From: Camelus ferus
Lineage: Eukaryota
Direction of reading: 5' to 3'
Assembly: GCF_009834535.1 (NCBI RefSeq)
Contig: NC_045697.1
Span: 70,620,001-70,684,000 of the forward strand
Length of the DNA stretch: 64,000 bases
Part shown: piece by piece, positions 47,111 through 60,712 of the stretch
How the letters are laid out: each line of letters opens with the position of its first letter
Numbering within the stretch: position 1 is the stretch's first letter
Program-made: the position numbers and the translations under genes
Notes under the pieces: model-generated
Databases searched by the model: none
Seen by the model: the letters and a program-made list of their open reading frames with translations, nothing else
Told to the model about the DNA's origin: nothing

Positions 47111-50100
47111 AAAAACTTCAGTGAAATGAAATACATTTTAGAATTCTACCATCGGGTTAGACAAATTTATGTTTCTTATTTATATTGCCCCTAAATACTT
47201 AACTATTTACAGAGCCATGCCCAACATAGTCAGTAGGTTCAAGCTACTGAAGTCTTCCTGGAAAAAACAAGCTTTTCCCTAAGTCATAACCTGATTCTCC
47301 CAATTCTGTCCTGACTTTGACAATCACTTTACCAGATTTTATCAATTATTTTTAGTATTCTCTTTTTCTAATATTTTCATACCATTCTTTTCAAGAAATT
47401 ATAATAACACAACAGAAAGATTGCAGGATAGAATAAATAAAACTTGTAAGTTCATTTCATGTAGTAGAAGAAAGCAGTTTTACATGTTGCATAGGCTCAA
47501 TCTGTAAAAAGTGTTAAATATTTAGCAGTATTCTGTTTTCTCCATTAGTGGGTGCAATTATTATCTTGCTGGAAAGGGAGTTCACAATTTTCATATAAGT
47601 GATGTCTTTATCTTCAAAAAATTGGGGGACCACTTCGTTCTGGATTTTAGTACATCAATCAAAGTACAATTTTGTTAATTTGACTGATGGCTTTGTGTAG
47701 CATCACAAACTGAGCCAGAATTTGATATCTTGTCTGATCCACTCCCTGCAAATAGTCAGGGACAGTCTTTAACCACCCATGACTCATAATTTTTAATTGG
47801 AAACAAACAAGCAAAGACTTACAGAGCAGGGGATTTATAGCCCCTTATTTCTAATACGTGCCAATTCTAAATGCTAGAACAAAAGCATACTTTTTCTTCC
47901 TGTGAATGTTTCTCCAGTTTCTCCACAATGGAGATGGAAAAACTGCTCTGAACCACATGCCCAGTAGGAGTTTCTCATGTATTTATATAAGAACAGAGAA
48001 GTCATGGTGTCTACTTTCTGATGTTGAAGACTTGCTTTTATATGGTGGATTTTCCAAATTTAAAATATTTTGAACATTCCTTTAGGATGCCATCAAAGGA
48101 GTCACTTGTGGTGGGTTAATTAAATCTAACACATTTAAAAATAATTCTGCATGTTGTGGGACAGATGCAGCCTTTGGAAAAAGAAAGAGCTTACACTGAA
48201 CATTGCAACAGATTTTTGTTATTTAATAGTAGGCAACAGACACGTTTACAGAATATGTTTTTAAAGCATGATTGGGAAATATCTGCTCTGTTGACAGGGG
48301 AAGAAATCAGGAAAGCCCATATTTAAAGAGAAGGAGAATAAGAAGGAAACCGTGTATGTTTGCTTCTCAGTTGACTCAAATTAGTCTCATTATTTAAAAG
48401 TAGTGCCCTCTTGTATAATATTGTTCAATTTTAACTAGAAGAATGAACAACTCCAAAATCCCTTCCCAAACACCAAGATGAACACTAGGATGGAAAATTT
48501 GTTCTTATCTAAGAAGAAATGATCAAGTGTACACTTACAAGAGGTGATTTTGGGAATTCAAAAGGATGTCCAAAACTGTAAGAAATGTAACAGAAAGATG
48601 CAAAGAGAACTGAATTGCTCTGCCCAAGAAAATAGAAGAGTTTTGTTATTTTTCACCCTTGAGATTGTGACAGCAGAAGACGTGGAGAACAGGAGAGAGA
48701 ACAGGCCGAGAGAGAAGGTAAAGCATCAAAAAGACTTAAGAACAGGGATGCCTAAATTCATCTTTACCTTTGCACCGCCCTGTTGTGAAACCTTCCTCCC
48801 TTCAGTAAAGTCAGCTGTCCACACGAAGCCTGCAACTACCCAGCAAGGCTTTAGTTAAGTGGGTCTTTCTGAGCTTGCATGAAAGAAAGGGAAACTCCAT
48901 TTTGGTTGTTGCCAGTCAGAGTTAAAGAAACTGTCCCCGGAAACCAAAGGGAGTACAAGATTTGATGGATGCAGGAAGCTGGAAAGAAAGGTGAACATAA
49001 GAACTTAATCCTCCCTCCATCGAAAGGATTTGAGGAAATGTGGGGCATTGGGCTTTTTTCCAGAGCAGAGAGTAAATCTTCAGTCTGAACATATTTTTAT
49101 GCTAAAGGTGGAGATAACCAAGTGCTATCTGAGTTATATAAAATTACTTTCTTATTTTATTAAGTGCTGTTTACTAGATTCCGAATCAAATTTGCTGAGT
49201 CATGAGTATGTGTTTGCGGCAGAAGATAACTGCAGATTTGTTTTATAGCAGATCATTCTAGAGTTGGCTATAAATTGTTTTCTTCACAGACATGGCGGGA
49301 TGAATAATCAGAACAAACGGACTGGAGCTATAGCATAAGCACTTCAGTGCAGCAGCAATAATTACTTAAATTTGAGGTATCACCAGTATTAAGTAATAAA
49401 ACATTTTCTAAATGTGAAAGCTACCATTAGATCACAGTTGACATTTATTTGTAAACTGATTTTTTCTGGGTTTGAAGATGAATTCCTGCCAGAACAATTA
49501 AATTTACTTTTCTAACAGAGATATTAATAAGAGAAAACTAATAGGTGTAAACTCTCATGATTATCAATATGTAATTCATTTTTTTAATCCAGAATGCCTA
49601 AGTAATATGGTGCTCTGTATAACTAAGCATTTTTATTAGTTTAGACTCATTATGTAAAATATACCAGAATAATCAATTTTCAAGCAAATCTCTAGATAGC
49701 ATTAACATTCATCTGTGTCTCTCCCACTACTTGATAATAGACACTTATTAACTGTTTATTATATGCTAAACACAAAACATAAGTAAGTTTTTCCTGAATA
49801 GCCAGAATCTTCAAAATATTATAATTAATCTATCATTTTAAATAGAATTACCACTGGCTAAAAATAGAATGTAAATAGAATGTTTATATTGAACATATGA
49901 TCTACTGTTGAAACTTCATATTGAAATAAAATTTCTGAGTTTCAATTTTTTGGTGAATCATTATTCTTCATGCTTTATTACTATTTGTAAAGATAGTTCT
50001 GCTCTTTTGTGAACTCAGTGTTAAATGCTGGATAAACCTGGATTTATGGAGTTTTTTTTGTTTGGTATAGGGTCACTTTAAAATCTGGGAAGAATTCATG

Positions 50101-50384
50101 GGATATTTTCTATTTTCCTGGCACTTTTCTTATCTCTAGTGAGACTTCTGTAACATTTGAAAGCATTATACTTCCTATTCTCCTAGGTGAGAAAAGTTGA
50201 AGTGAAATACATTTGCTAAATTCAGAAAAGTCCCTTATCAACTATCAAAGTGTCCTCAAAACTCTTGTCCATTTTAATAGCCACCCAGTGAGGAAAAAAA
50301 AAAAGCTGACAGAAGGGATTGCCATACTGTAACAGTCTCCTAAGGTTTAATCTCTAGGAATGTATGTCCAAACTTTCATTTATT

Positions 50385-50812
50385 CCTGTACCACTTTTAT
50401 AGTTTATTCACATTCTTTACTCCACCTACTATTAGTTTCTTACTCTTTTACTTAAAACCAAATTTATTTATTAAAAATAAATTCATTTTTTAAAAAAAAT
50501 ATTATAATACTATTACAAAAAGAAAGTAAGATCACTGGTCAGTAATTGAATTAACCATAAAAATAAATACTGTGGCAAAAGTCATATTCTATAGAGATGA
50601 ACTATGATGGTTCCATGCTTGAGTCCTGCTTTCTCAGTGTTGAAAAGTGAAATTAGTGTGTGTTAGGGCATAGTAAAGACATAACACCAAACATACGCTT
50701 AGATCGCTGTAAGTATCACAGAGATTTGAGTCAATGCTGTTTAATTCCATTTATGCCTACAATGATCTCAGGTACCACCAGCTGTACCTATCACACACCC
50801 CGGAAATGCTGC
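50385..50812. mobile_element. hAT-Charlie-like DNA transposon relic
   Basis: Terminal GTACCACCAGCTGTACCTATCACAC...GGAAATGCTG resembles Charlie-family ends. Confidence 0.4.
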
Positions 50813-51099
50813 TCTGGGTGAAAGCCTTTTAAGGCCACCCAGCAGGTCTTAAAGTACCTTCTAATGCACTAAATTTTAGCTTCTCCACATGGCAGAAGGT
50901 CAGCCCCGACTCCATTTTTATTTTTCCTGTCTTATCTCACACCATCACGCATTATTCCCATCTTTCTTTAATAATCAAGGTCAAAGGAGCCCAATGCTCA
51001 GCATTGTTTAAGGGACTGGTAATAGAGGTAGAAAGTAAGGGCTGGGTAGGTGATCAATAATTATTCGATGTCTCAGATACATAAGTGGAGAAAATGCTA

Positions 51100-51312
51100 T
51101 AGTTGATCCTTGAACAATGCGGGGGTTAGGAGTATGCAGTCTGCACATAAGTTAGTCTGTCTTCCTTATCTGTGGTTCCACTGTATTTGAGGTTCCACAT
51201 CCATAGATTCAACCAACCTCCACTTGTATAATACTGTAGTATTTATTATTAAAAAAATCCACATAGAAGTGCATCTGCACAGTTCACACTCATGTTGTTC
51301 AAGGATCAACTG
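51100..51312. mobile_element. Tigger2-family (TcMar) MITE, second copy
   Basis: TA|TAGTTGATCCTTGAACAA ... TTGTTCAAGGATCAACTG|TA; internal GATTCAACCAAC shared with the 38814 copy. Confidence 0.88.
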
Positions 51313-52602
51313 TACATAAAAAAGGAGCCCCAGGGCCTACAATAATCCCACTAGAATCCAAATCAGGTTTTTAAAGGACAGTGCGTTGAACTGCATTTTT
51401 AATATCTTGGATAATAGTAAGGAAATATACAGTATAAAAATAATTAGATACATTATTATTCATTTACAGGATAAAGTTTAGTAGGAACAAATATAAAGTG
51501 AACAACAAAAGAGCAAAAACAAAAAATGTACAAAGTTAGTAAAATAGTATAGGAACAGATACACATCAGACAGACATAAAGGCAGAGGAAACCCAAAGCA
51601 AGGAATGAATAATTAATGATATTTTACCTTAAAATTATACTTGTTATGCATCACACACTGCATGATGAGATCATTCCGTACAACTAAGAAGCAGCTATTG
51701 CTACTTTGCTCCACAGCAGTTAGACTCTTACTACAACATGCATCAGTTTCCATCTCTGTAGTTTAAACAAGTAGGAGCAAAACTGTCAAAGAACAGAAAC
51801 TAATATGAGTAAAGAGGAAAACTGGATTCCAGGAGGAGAAGAAAAAGGAGTTGGAATGATTTACTGTTTAATCTGAGGAAACAATCTCTGAAACTAACTT
51901 AATCCTTTCCACGTTTAAGTTTCTATAGTATTGTTTGTCTTTTTTAATTTCCCAATATGTGAATGAAAGTTAAAGGAATTTCACCTTAAAATTTCAGTTT
52001 CACAAGATGACGAAAATCAGTAATTATTTTACTAATATTCAGAGAAACTAAATGGACAAATATAGTTCATTAACAAATTAATTCTCAGGCAAGCACATCA
52101 AGACATGTAAAGGACAACTATAAGCCGAATTAATTAGTAAAATACATCTGCCATGAAAATAACATGATAGCTTCCATAACTACAGTGTATAACTTTTTAA
52201 TTATTTATGTCGGAAGAATAGAAAAAGACTGTATGCTTATAAAATGTAGTAGTAGTAGTAGTGGTAATAAAGTATTACAAAAAAAGTAATAGAGCAGCAT
52301 TTTAATTCTACCTGTACCAGTTCCTCAACGGTAAATTAAAGCTCTGAACCTTATAAATTTAATAGGCAAGGCATATGATCATAAAGATGTTTTTGGCCTT
52401 CGGGTGCCTGTGAATAATGGATCAATTAAATAAATTCAGCCAGTATTAATGGAACATCTTCTATGGATATAACTTGACACAAAAGAATTTACCTTGCAAT
52501 CTAGAAAAACTCCCTTGATACAGGGTGTTCTTTCTTCTCACCTTAATATCAATCAAATTTGTGCCAAAAACTTGATGTATTACAAATTTTATTGATGACA
52601 CC

Positions 52603-53044
52603 TGAATTAGTTATCTATTGCTATACAATAAATTATTTCTAAGCACTTTTCTTAGAACAATAACCATTTATTATCTCTCAGGGTTTCTGCAACCAGCTCA
52701 AGGCTTGATGGTCTGGAAGACCCGTTTACAAGGTGGCCACTCTCATTGCTGGCAAGTTGATGCTGGCTGTTGATGGCTAGTCCTCAGTTTTTCTCCACTG
52801 GGTCTCTCTGCCTGAATGTTCTTACAACAAAACACAATGGCTGGCTTCCCCCAGAGAAAGCAATCTAGAGACCTGGGTAGAAGCCATATGTCTTTTACTA
52901 CCTATCCTTGGAAATCACACATCACTTGCATTGACTTCCAAGACTCACACAACTCAGTCCTAAGTGAATGTGAGACTGGTCCATCCAAATGCTTAACTAC
53001 CAAGAGGCAAGGATCACTGCAGGCCAGCTTGGGGACTTGCCACA
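52603..53044 (-). mobile_element. MLT1F/G-type MaLR LTR
   Basis: Begins TGAATTAGTTATCTATTGCT, has internal GCTGGCAAGTTGATGCTGGCTGTTG and ATGGCTGGCTTCCCCCAGAG, and ends GGATCACTGCAGGCCAGCTTGG...CCACA. Confidence 0.8.
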
Positions 53045-54999
53045 ACCATCCTTACAATTTGTTGGAGTACTTTCAAGTACAAAGATTAGTCAATTTTAAA
53101 AGGTGAATTTCTGTATTCTAGAAGAAACATCAAAGTTTTGTTTAAAATCTGAATCTGCCCACTCAGATTTCCCATTGTTCCTCAAAAGATAATCTGGTTT
53201 CTTTGCTCTCCCCTAAAATGGCTTTTTTATTTCCTACTTTGTTCATGTTTTTTCTCCCTCCTTTTTATTTAATAAAACTCTTATAGAACATGGATATTTT
53301 TTAAAGCTCAATTGAAGTTGTACTATCTGCATGAAGCCTTATTTATTGGTTCTATCTATGATGACCATCCTCCCTTCAAAATTTCTAAATGTACAATTCT
53401 TAAATCACACACCTGAACACTTAATGAGTCCTTTTCATTGATCTAATAGACAACAACTGAATGCCTATTGTGTTCTAGGGCTGTGCTAGGTGATGGCATA
53501 ACATCAATTATTTATTTCCCTTATCAATCCAAAGAACCAAAGAATTCACTTATGTATCTTATATTCATGATGCTAATATTTAATATATATTTTGCAAGTA
53601 TATTCTTCCAGTTGTTAAATGTAAGTTTTTTTTTAATGTCCCCAAGTGTGTATTTTGTATGTAGAAAAGGTTTTGCAGAGGCTAATTTGGTTTTGGAAGT
53701 TAATAGTCAGTTTTTTTTTAAACTCAGAATAAAAAGTCTATTTCTCCCTTAAACTTTTAAGTTCAATTTACAAATGTTATTAATCTATTTATTAATACAG
53801 CAAATTTAGCAATCACTTTAGGGTCTCTTTAACATTTAATTCCATTTATGTATTTGGTTAAACTCCCTTAAGTATTTAAAACTCTATTCATAAATTGAAA
53901 ATAGTAACCATATATCAATCTACCTGCTTTTTAGGGTTTTGTAGAGGTAACATATGTAAGAGTACTTTGCAAAATCTCAATTAATAAACAAATATGGCAT
54001 TATTGTTGTTAAGTTATAATATCAGATGTGCTACAATGTTGAAATGGTTTTATAGAAAACAAAGCACATAGCTTTGCTCTTAAGAACTTTTAATAAATGT
54101 TTTGTCAGTTTTTAAAAATAGTTAAAAAAAATTTTAAGTGCTTCTCTTACCCTGAATCAGAGGGAGATAGAAGAACATTGAATTTAAATAAAACTAAAGT
54201 CTGAAGGAGAATTAAACATTGTTCCATCTCACTGACAGCCTGTCTGAAACACCAAGAAGCATACAAAGGTATAACTTCAATGTACCCTTCAGAAGACAGG
54301 TCCCCATAGAGAGGACATGGTGGAGTCTGGAGATCTTGGGGTACACTGACATCAGGGTCAGCCTTCAGTCTAAAGGGAGAGATTTACAGATCATCTACTG
54401 AATATTAAATTAAATATGATGAATGCCTCTGACTACCTAATAATTCCAGGTAGAAACATCTTACAGAAAGCTGCTTCAACGCAAGAGGACAAACATGAAC
54501 AAAGACTAGTCTTATGTGGAAGGCCTTTGACCCTAAAGGGTAAAGGTGAATGTAACGTACAATTCAAGAGAATAAGAGAATAAGATTGAGAGGAAATCGA
54601 TAAGAACAAAACTAAAAGTTAAATGCACACAGTGTGTCTTCCCTATTCATAAGGGATTTGTTCCAGACCTGCAGGGAAAATGGAGAACCCACAAATAGTG
54701 TATGATTAATGACAACAGAGATTTATTTGCTAAAACAAGATTGTTCCTGTCACAAAATGCTGCAGAAGGCTGAGGACGTTTCTCTCCATAGCTTTCTTTT
54801 CTTGGTATTTCTTAAAGTTTTCTGATTAAATACATTCAACCTGTGTTGTGTACTAATCACTCTTAAGACTTTGAAGAGTCTTCTTTGTAGATTAAGATAC
54901 CCTATTTCCCTTTTAATAGATCCCAGCTTCAGTTTTAAATTTCTTAAGCTCAGGATCTTCATTTTATTCATTCTGCCTAACTTTTGCTACAAACATAGA

Positions 55000-57920
55000 A
55001 AATTACATAACCAGAAAAGTGCAAAAATATAAATATACATATAATGAATAATGAATAAATATTGGCCAGAACTTGGTGCATTTACAACCTAGATAAAGAA
55101 ACAGAATATTACCAGCAGTGCAGAAGCTCCCTGAGAATGTTCTAGGAATTCTGTCCCTCTCCTATTGCTCTAGAAGTAACCTGTAGCTAATCTGATTTAT
55201 GGTAATTACTTCTAGCCTTTATAGATTTATTGTGTATGTGTATATCTGAGAATAATAGAATTTAGATTTGGCTGTTCTTAACTTTCAGGTATTTTTTTGT
55301 GTTTTGCTCAGGATTATATCTTAAGATTTTCATTTTATTGATTATAGCTATAGTATGTTCATTGCCGTTACAGTATATAGTTCATTGAATGAATAAACCA
55401 TGATTTACTTATTAGTTTTGCAATTTGTAGACATTTGAGCTGTCACTAATTTTTGACTAGCATAAAAATGCTGCTGTAAGCAAACTTGTATTCCTATTCT
55501 TGAGCATAAGTGAAGTACATGTATTCCTGTTGTTACGAAATTTTTTTGATTGGGTTTCTATTTTCCTTACTGATGTGTAGTTTTTTCTGTATATTCTGGA
55601 TGAGTCTTTTCTGTCAGTTATAGCCATGCCTTCTCCTATTTTGAGGCTGTCTTTTCACTTTTGCTACTGTGGCTTTTGATACACTGAGTGATTAATTCTA
55701 ATGCAATAAAATATGTCTTTACCTTTACGGTTAGTGCTTTTTGTGTAGTTTCCTAGAATAAAGGTACAAAGATATTCTCTTATATTTTCTTCTTAAACTT
55801 TTGAAGTTTACATTCTACATTTAAATCAGTAAGTAATTCATCTGGAATTGTCTTTCGTATTTTTCTGAAAATGGCATAGAAATCCAGTATAATTTTTCCC
55901 AGTGGCTACCTGATTGTCCCAGCAGCATTTATGGAAAAGGCCAATCCCTTCCCCACTGCTCTGTTGTATATCAAAGATCAACACATCTGTAGGTCTTTCA
56001 GAACTCTATTCTCTCCCCGAATCTATGGGGCATCAGCGCCACTATTGCTTGGCATGTCTTCCATGCACCAGTTTGACAGTGTTAATGATTATACCTTTGT
56101 TATAAGATTTGATAACTGACAGACCAACTTCTCCTTTCTCATTTTTCTTCTTCAAGAATTACTGATATTTTCTTGACTTTACGCATTTCTATTAAAAATT
56201 ATAATCAGCTTCTTATATTGCACAATAAAATCTATTAGGATTTTAATTGGAATTATATCAATCTATAGGTCTATTAGCAGAAAATTAGCATCATTAAAAT
56301 ACTGGATTGCCCAATCAATCAACATAGTATGTTTTCCTAACTTTTAAGGTTTCCTTTAATGGCACTCAATAAAGTTTTATTATTCTCCTCAGAGAAATCA
56401 TAAATATATTTTATTAGAATTATCTATGAGTACTTGAATTTTGTTTCTGTAAGTGGCAAATTGCTAAACTTTCTTTTTTAAGTATTTGTTGCATAATAGA
56501 AATATAACTAATTTATTTAAGTTCTGTATTCTGAAACTTGGATGAATTCTTTAATTCTAATATTCATCTATAAAGTCTTGTGGATTTTCTTTATATAATC
56601 ACAGCATCTACAAATAATAGCAGTTTTTATTTTTCCTTTCTAATTATTGTATGCTTATTTTTTGTGCTTTACTGCACTAGCTAGCATATTAGTACAAGGT
56701 TTTATAAAAGTAGCATCGCTGGGCAAGACTGCCTTCCTCTCCCTCTCAAAGGGAAAGGTGACACTTCTCCATTATGCATGATGATTGCTGTAGTTTTTGA
56801 AGCTACCCTACCAGATTAAGAAAACCCCCTATAGTCCTGTTTCCTAAATGTTTTTATCAAGAATAAATATTGAACTGTTAAAAGTGCTTTTCCTGCATCT
56901 GTCAGATGACCATGTATTTTTCTCTCTATTCAATCAGTGTGGTGGGTCGTGTTGATTCATGTCCTAGTGTTAGACCAACTTCATATTGCTAATATAATCC
57001 CAAATTGGGGACAGTTAAGGACCTTTTAAAAATATTTTATTGGACTTTAAATTCTTTTTTTAAAGAATGAAATTGGCTTATAGTATTCCTTACAATATTC
57101 TGGCAGGTTTCGATTTTAGCCATATGCTTGCCTGATAAAGTAAGTTGGGGAGTAAAACCTCTATTTCCATTCTCTGTGAGAGTTTATGTAAAACTGGATT
57201 TATTTATTATTTGAATAATTAGTGTAATTTTCTAGTGACATCAACTGCACTGAGAGTTTTTGTGTATGGGAAGATGATCAATTGCTGATTCAATTTCTTT
57301 AATGGTTAAAGGGTTACCAAAGTTTTGTATTTCTTCTAGAGTTAGTTTTGATAAACTATATTTTTCTAGCAATTTATTCATTTTATGTAAATTTCCAAGT
57401 TTTTAACATTAGGCTTTTCATAATATTCATCTACTAAATTTAAATTTTAGCAGAAACTGTAGTGATATTTCTTTTTTCATTTTTATTGATTTGTTTCTTA
57501 CCTCCTTTTCCTTGATTCATAGTGGCAGAGGCTTAGCAATCTTAAGAAAATATATAGAAATCCTTTGCATTATATATTTCTTTTCTATTTCATTAATTTT
57601 TGCCTTTACTTTCATTATTTTCTCCCATATACTTTATGTGGGTTTATTTTAGTCTTTTAAAAATTATTTTCTTTCTAATGTGTGCATTTAAGACTATAAA
57701 GCTCCCCATCACTGGTTTAGTTGTATCATGCATACATTGTTGTAAAATATTTTATTTCTCTTCATATTCTTCTAATTTCCATCATGATTCTTTTTTCTAT
57801 ATCCATAGGTTATTTATAAGCAAATATCTTAATTTCTGAACATACAGAGATTTTTTACTGTTCTGATCATAATATTGATTTATAGTATAATTACATTAAA
57901 CTCAGAGAAAATACACATTC
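55000..57920 (-). mobile_element. Highly decayed L1M (L1MC/ME-type) 3'UTR plus ORF2
   Basis: Long T-rich antisense L1 with motifs TTGTCCCAGCAGCATTTAT, TTTTCTTCTTCAAGA, GCTTTTCCTGCATCT, GCTGATTCAATTTCTTTAAT. Confidence 0.75.
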
Positions 57921-58249
57921 AGGTCTTTAGTTGTTTCAAAGGAAAAGTTTGTCCAAGACATCTGGCACAATATGTGAACATTAAAGTTTTAATCAGGTAC
58001 CAAAATATGTGAAATTACCAAGGGGTAGGATAAACAATCATATGTAGAATTTCAAATAAAGTATCCAAAACTTGCCTGTGAAGGCTTCAATCTCCTAACT
58101 CATTCTATAGCATAAAAAGAATGAAAATGTGGAGAGAAAGATATAGATATTATATGAGAGGAAGTTGTCTTTGCAGAATCTTTCTTTTGAATCCCATTCT
58201 AACTTTCTTCACCCCTGAGGAGCAAGGCTTGTCTGCCCCTCTGCGATTC

Positions 58250-59100
58250 AAACCTACCTTACTGTGTGGTCCCTACATGTGAAAGGCATGGTAGCCTTGG
58301 ATCTGACTTATCCCTGGGAAACCAGGAGAAACGAAGAATTGCTGTCTAGCAGTTTGGGGGCAGTACCAGGAAGGTTATTGTTATGTTGAGAATAAGCCCG
58401 CCCTGACAGGGAGTGTTAGAGAAAGAGACCTAAGGCTGTTTCCTGTGGACCAAATGAAGAGTGAGAATGAGGGCGCGGGCTTAGAGAAGTTTTGAGTCCT
58501 GTTAGGGCTGTGTGCAGAGTTGGCCACTTTAGCATCATGAGGCTCTGAGTTAACGGAGGATTACCAGTGCTTTGGAAAGAGTAATCGCTGGACTCGCAGA
58601 CTAGGATCCATCCTCGTGAACAAGGAGCTACGGGGGAGACAGGCTCAAAAGCACACCTTTGAGGAACCCATGAAAATGCACCATTCAGCTACTGGCTTTA
58701 ACCACCTGCCAGGCTCTGGGCACAACATATGGTGCCAGGTCTAGTAATAAGTTTCATTCAACTTTCTCATTCCTCTCTTACCCTGCTCCCAATATGGCAT
58801 TGTCAGAAAGGGACTGGAGAGGGAATAGGGGACTGGAAAATAGAGAACTTGTAAAGAAGCCACTTTGTAGAATTCTATCCCCTGCTGGCCTGAGCTACAG
58901 GAGAGAATTTTCAATTATTTTGGATCATATATTCAAATTTTAAATTGATACACTGCAAATTTAGTTGTCTACAGAACTGAGTGAGCAAAAGTCATGGCCC
59001 TTCAATATTTTTATTGAGGGCAGGAAGTTTATGTTCACAAAATAAATTGTAAGAAAGTGATGGGAAACTAAAATAAAGCAGAATTTTAATCACAATTTAT
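58250..59100 (+). mobile_element. Ancient Gypsy-like LTR (MamGypLTR-like)
   Basis: GC-richer block ending AAAGTGATGGGAAACTAAAATAAAGC, similar to the recalled MamGypLTR1 3' part; not verified. Confidence 0.4.
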
Positions 59101-60511
59101 AATTTGTGGTTCCCAAATTCTTTAAATTATTTTCTAAGTTTTATGCTCTCTTAAGACTGTGAAACAAGAGTAGTGATCTGTGCTAAGTTAATTATTTATA
59201 GCAATTTTTAATAAAAACATTCATCTTTGTGGAAATTAAAAAAATAATTTGGTGACTGGAATGTCTTTAAAATTTTAATACTGAGCTGGCAAGCCTAGTT
59301 AGTTATAGAAAAGTGTCCCAGAGCCCTGTCCTTGTGCAAAATCCATTGAACCATCATAAACATGGTGATAGCTTTGCAAACTGAATACCTAATGCTCAGA
59401 TGGAAGCCTACAAGTTCCTGAAACAGGTGAAAGGATTACCCCAATGCCCACAGGGGTCTGGAAGAGCAGTAAATGAGAGAGTCAGACAGGGTATAAGTGC
59501 ACACGCACTTGTAGGAAAGAGAGCATTCCCTGGTTTAAAGGGGGCACTTACTACTCACGCTTAACTGAACGCTGCCGTGAGGAAATATGAGACCTGGCAT
59601 TGCCAGAAGAGCTGCAAGTAAGATTTTCTCTTTCTTTCTTTGTTGTTGTTGTTTTGTGAAATTAGAGTATTTTTAAATAGCAGCCTGTCGTCAGAAAGCA
59701 TTGTGTGGACAAACACCACACATCTGCAGAGGTAGACGTTAGTTTGTGAACTCTGAAAGAGAGGCTGTTGACCTCTTCCTGTAACTCATCCTGATTTATT
59801 AAGTAACAGCAGGGTAATGACCAGTTTACAAACTCCAGTTGGTTGTTCTCTAATACTAGAAATTTCCCTGGATTTTTAGCCCAGGTTCATAACCTTGTAG
59901 TGCCTCCATTTCTCTTCATGCTCAAATGCTCCTCATTGAATCCTCCCTACTTTCTCAAACTCCTCTGGCTCTTGCCAGTTTCTCTAGGGACCAAAAATAC
60001 TTGCATTTGAATTATCAAATACATCCTGACCCCATTTGAAACTGTGATAGGATCACTGTAGCTGTTTCCCTAATCAAACCATTACTCAAGGTGGCCACTT
60101 TTCTTGAGCCTATAGTAGAGGTTCAGGGTCTTTTGGTGCTAATGAAAACAGAAAGGAAATTAATAGTAGAATTGAAAACAATCAATAAGATCTTAAAATG
60201 AGAAGGGAGTGAAGAGTATCTCCTTATGAAAAGATGGTCCAAAAGGCTGGAATGTAAGCCTGTGTGCCTAGGGAAATTTCAGTGTTTCCACTAATATTTG
60301 TCCTGGCCAAATTGAATTTCCTATTATCCCAAACTAGTATAAGCAAAAAAAAAAAAAAAAAAAGAATTAGATTATACTGGATCAATACCAAAATTTTCCC
60401 TGCAGGCACTACACCCTAACACTTTTCTGAAAGATAAACACCTCTGGTTATCTCCCGGGTATGGGACAGTGAAAAGAGCTCAGATGACTAGTCAGGAAAT
60501 TTGAGTCTAGT

Positions 60512-60712
60512 CCAGAATTTCTCAGAGTGTGTGTCATTATATCAGTATATAAAAATTATCTGCAGTAATTGCTGGAAACACAGTTTTCTGGGTTTGACTG
60601 AAAGGGAATGACCTGGAGATCACGAGAAATGAGCACTAGGAAAAAATATTTTAATAGATACTTTAGGTGACTCTTATAAATAAGAAGCATCAAGGGCTAC
60701 TAGTTTGAGGGA
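60512..60712. mobile_element. MER5-type hAT MITE
   Basis: CAGAATTTCTCAGAGTGTG...TTTTAATAGATACTTTAGGTGACTCTTAT...AGTTTGAG pattern. Confidence 0.45.
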
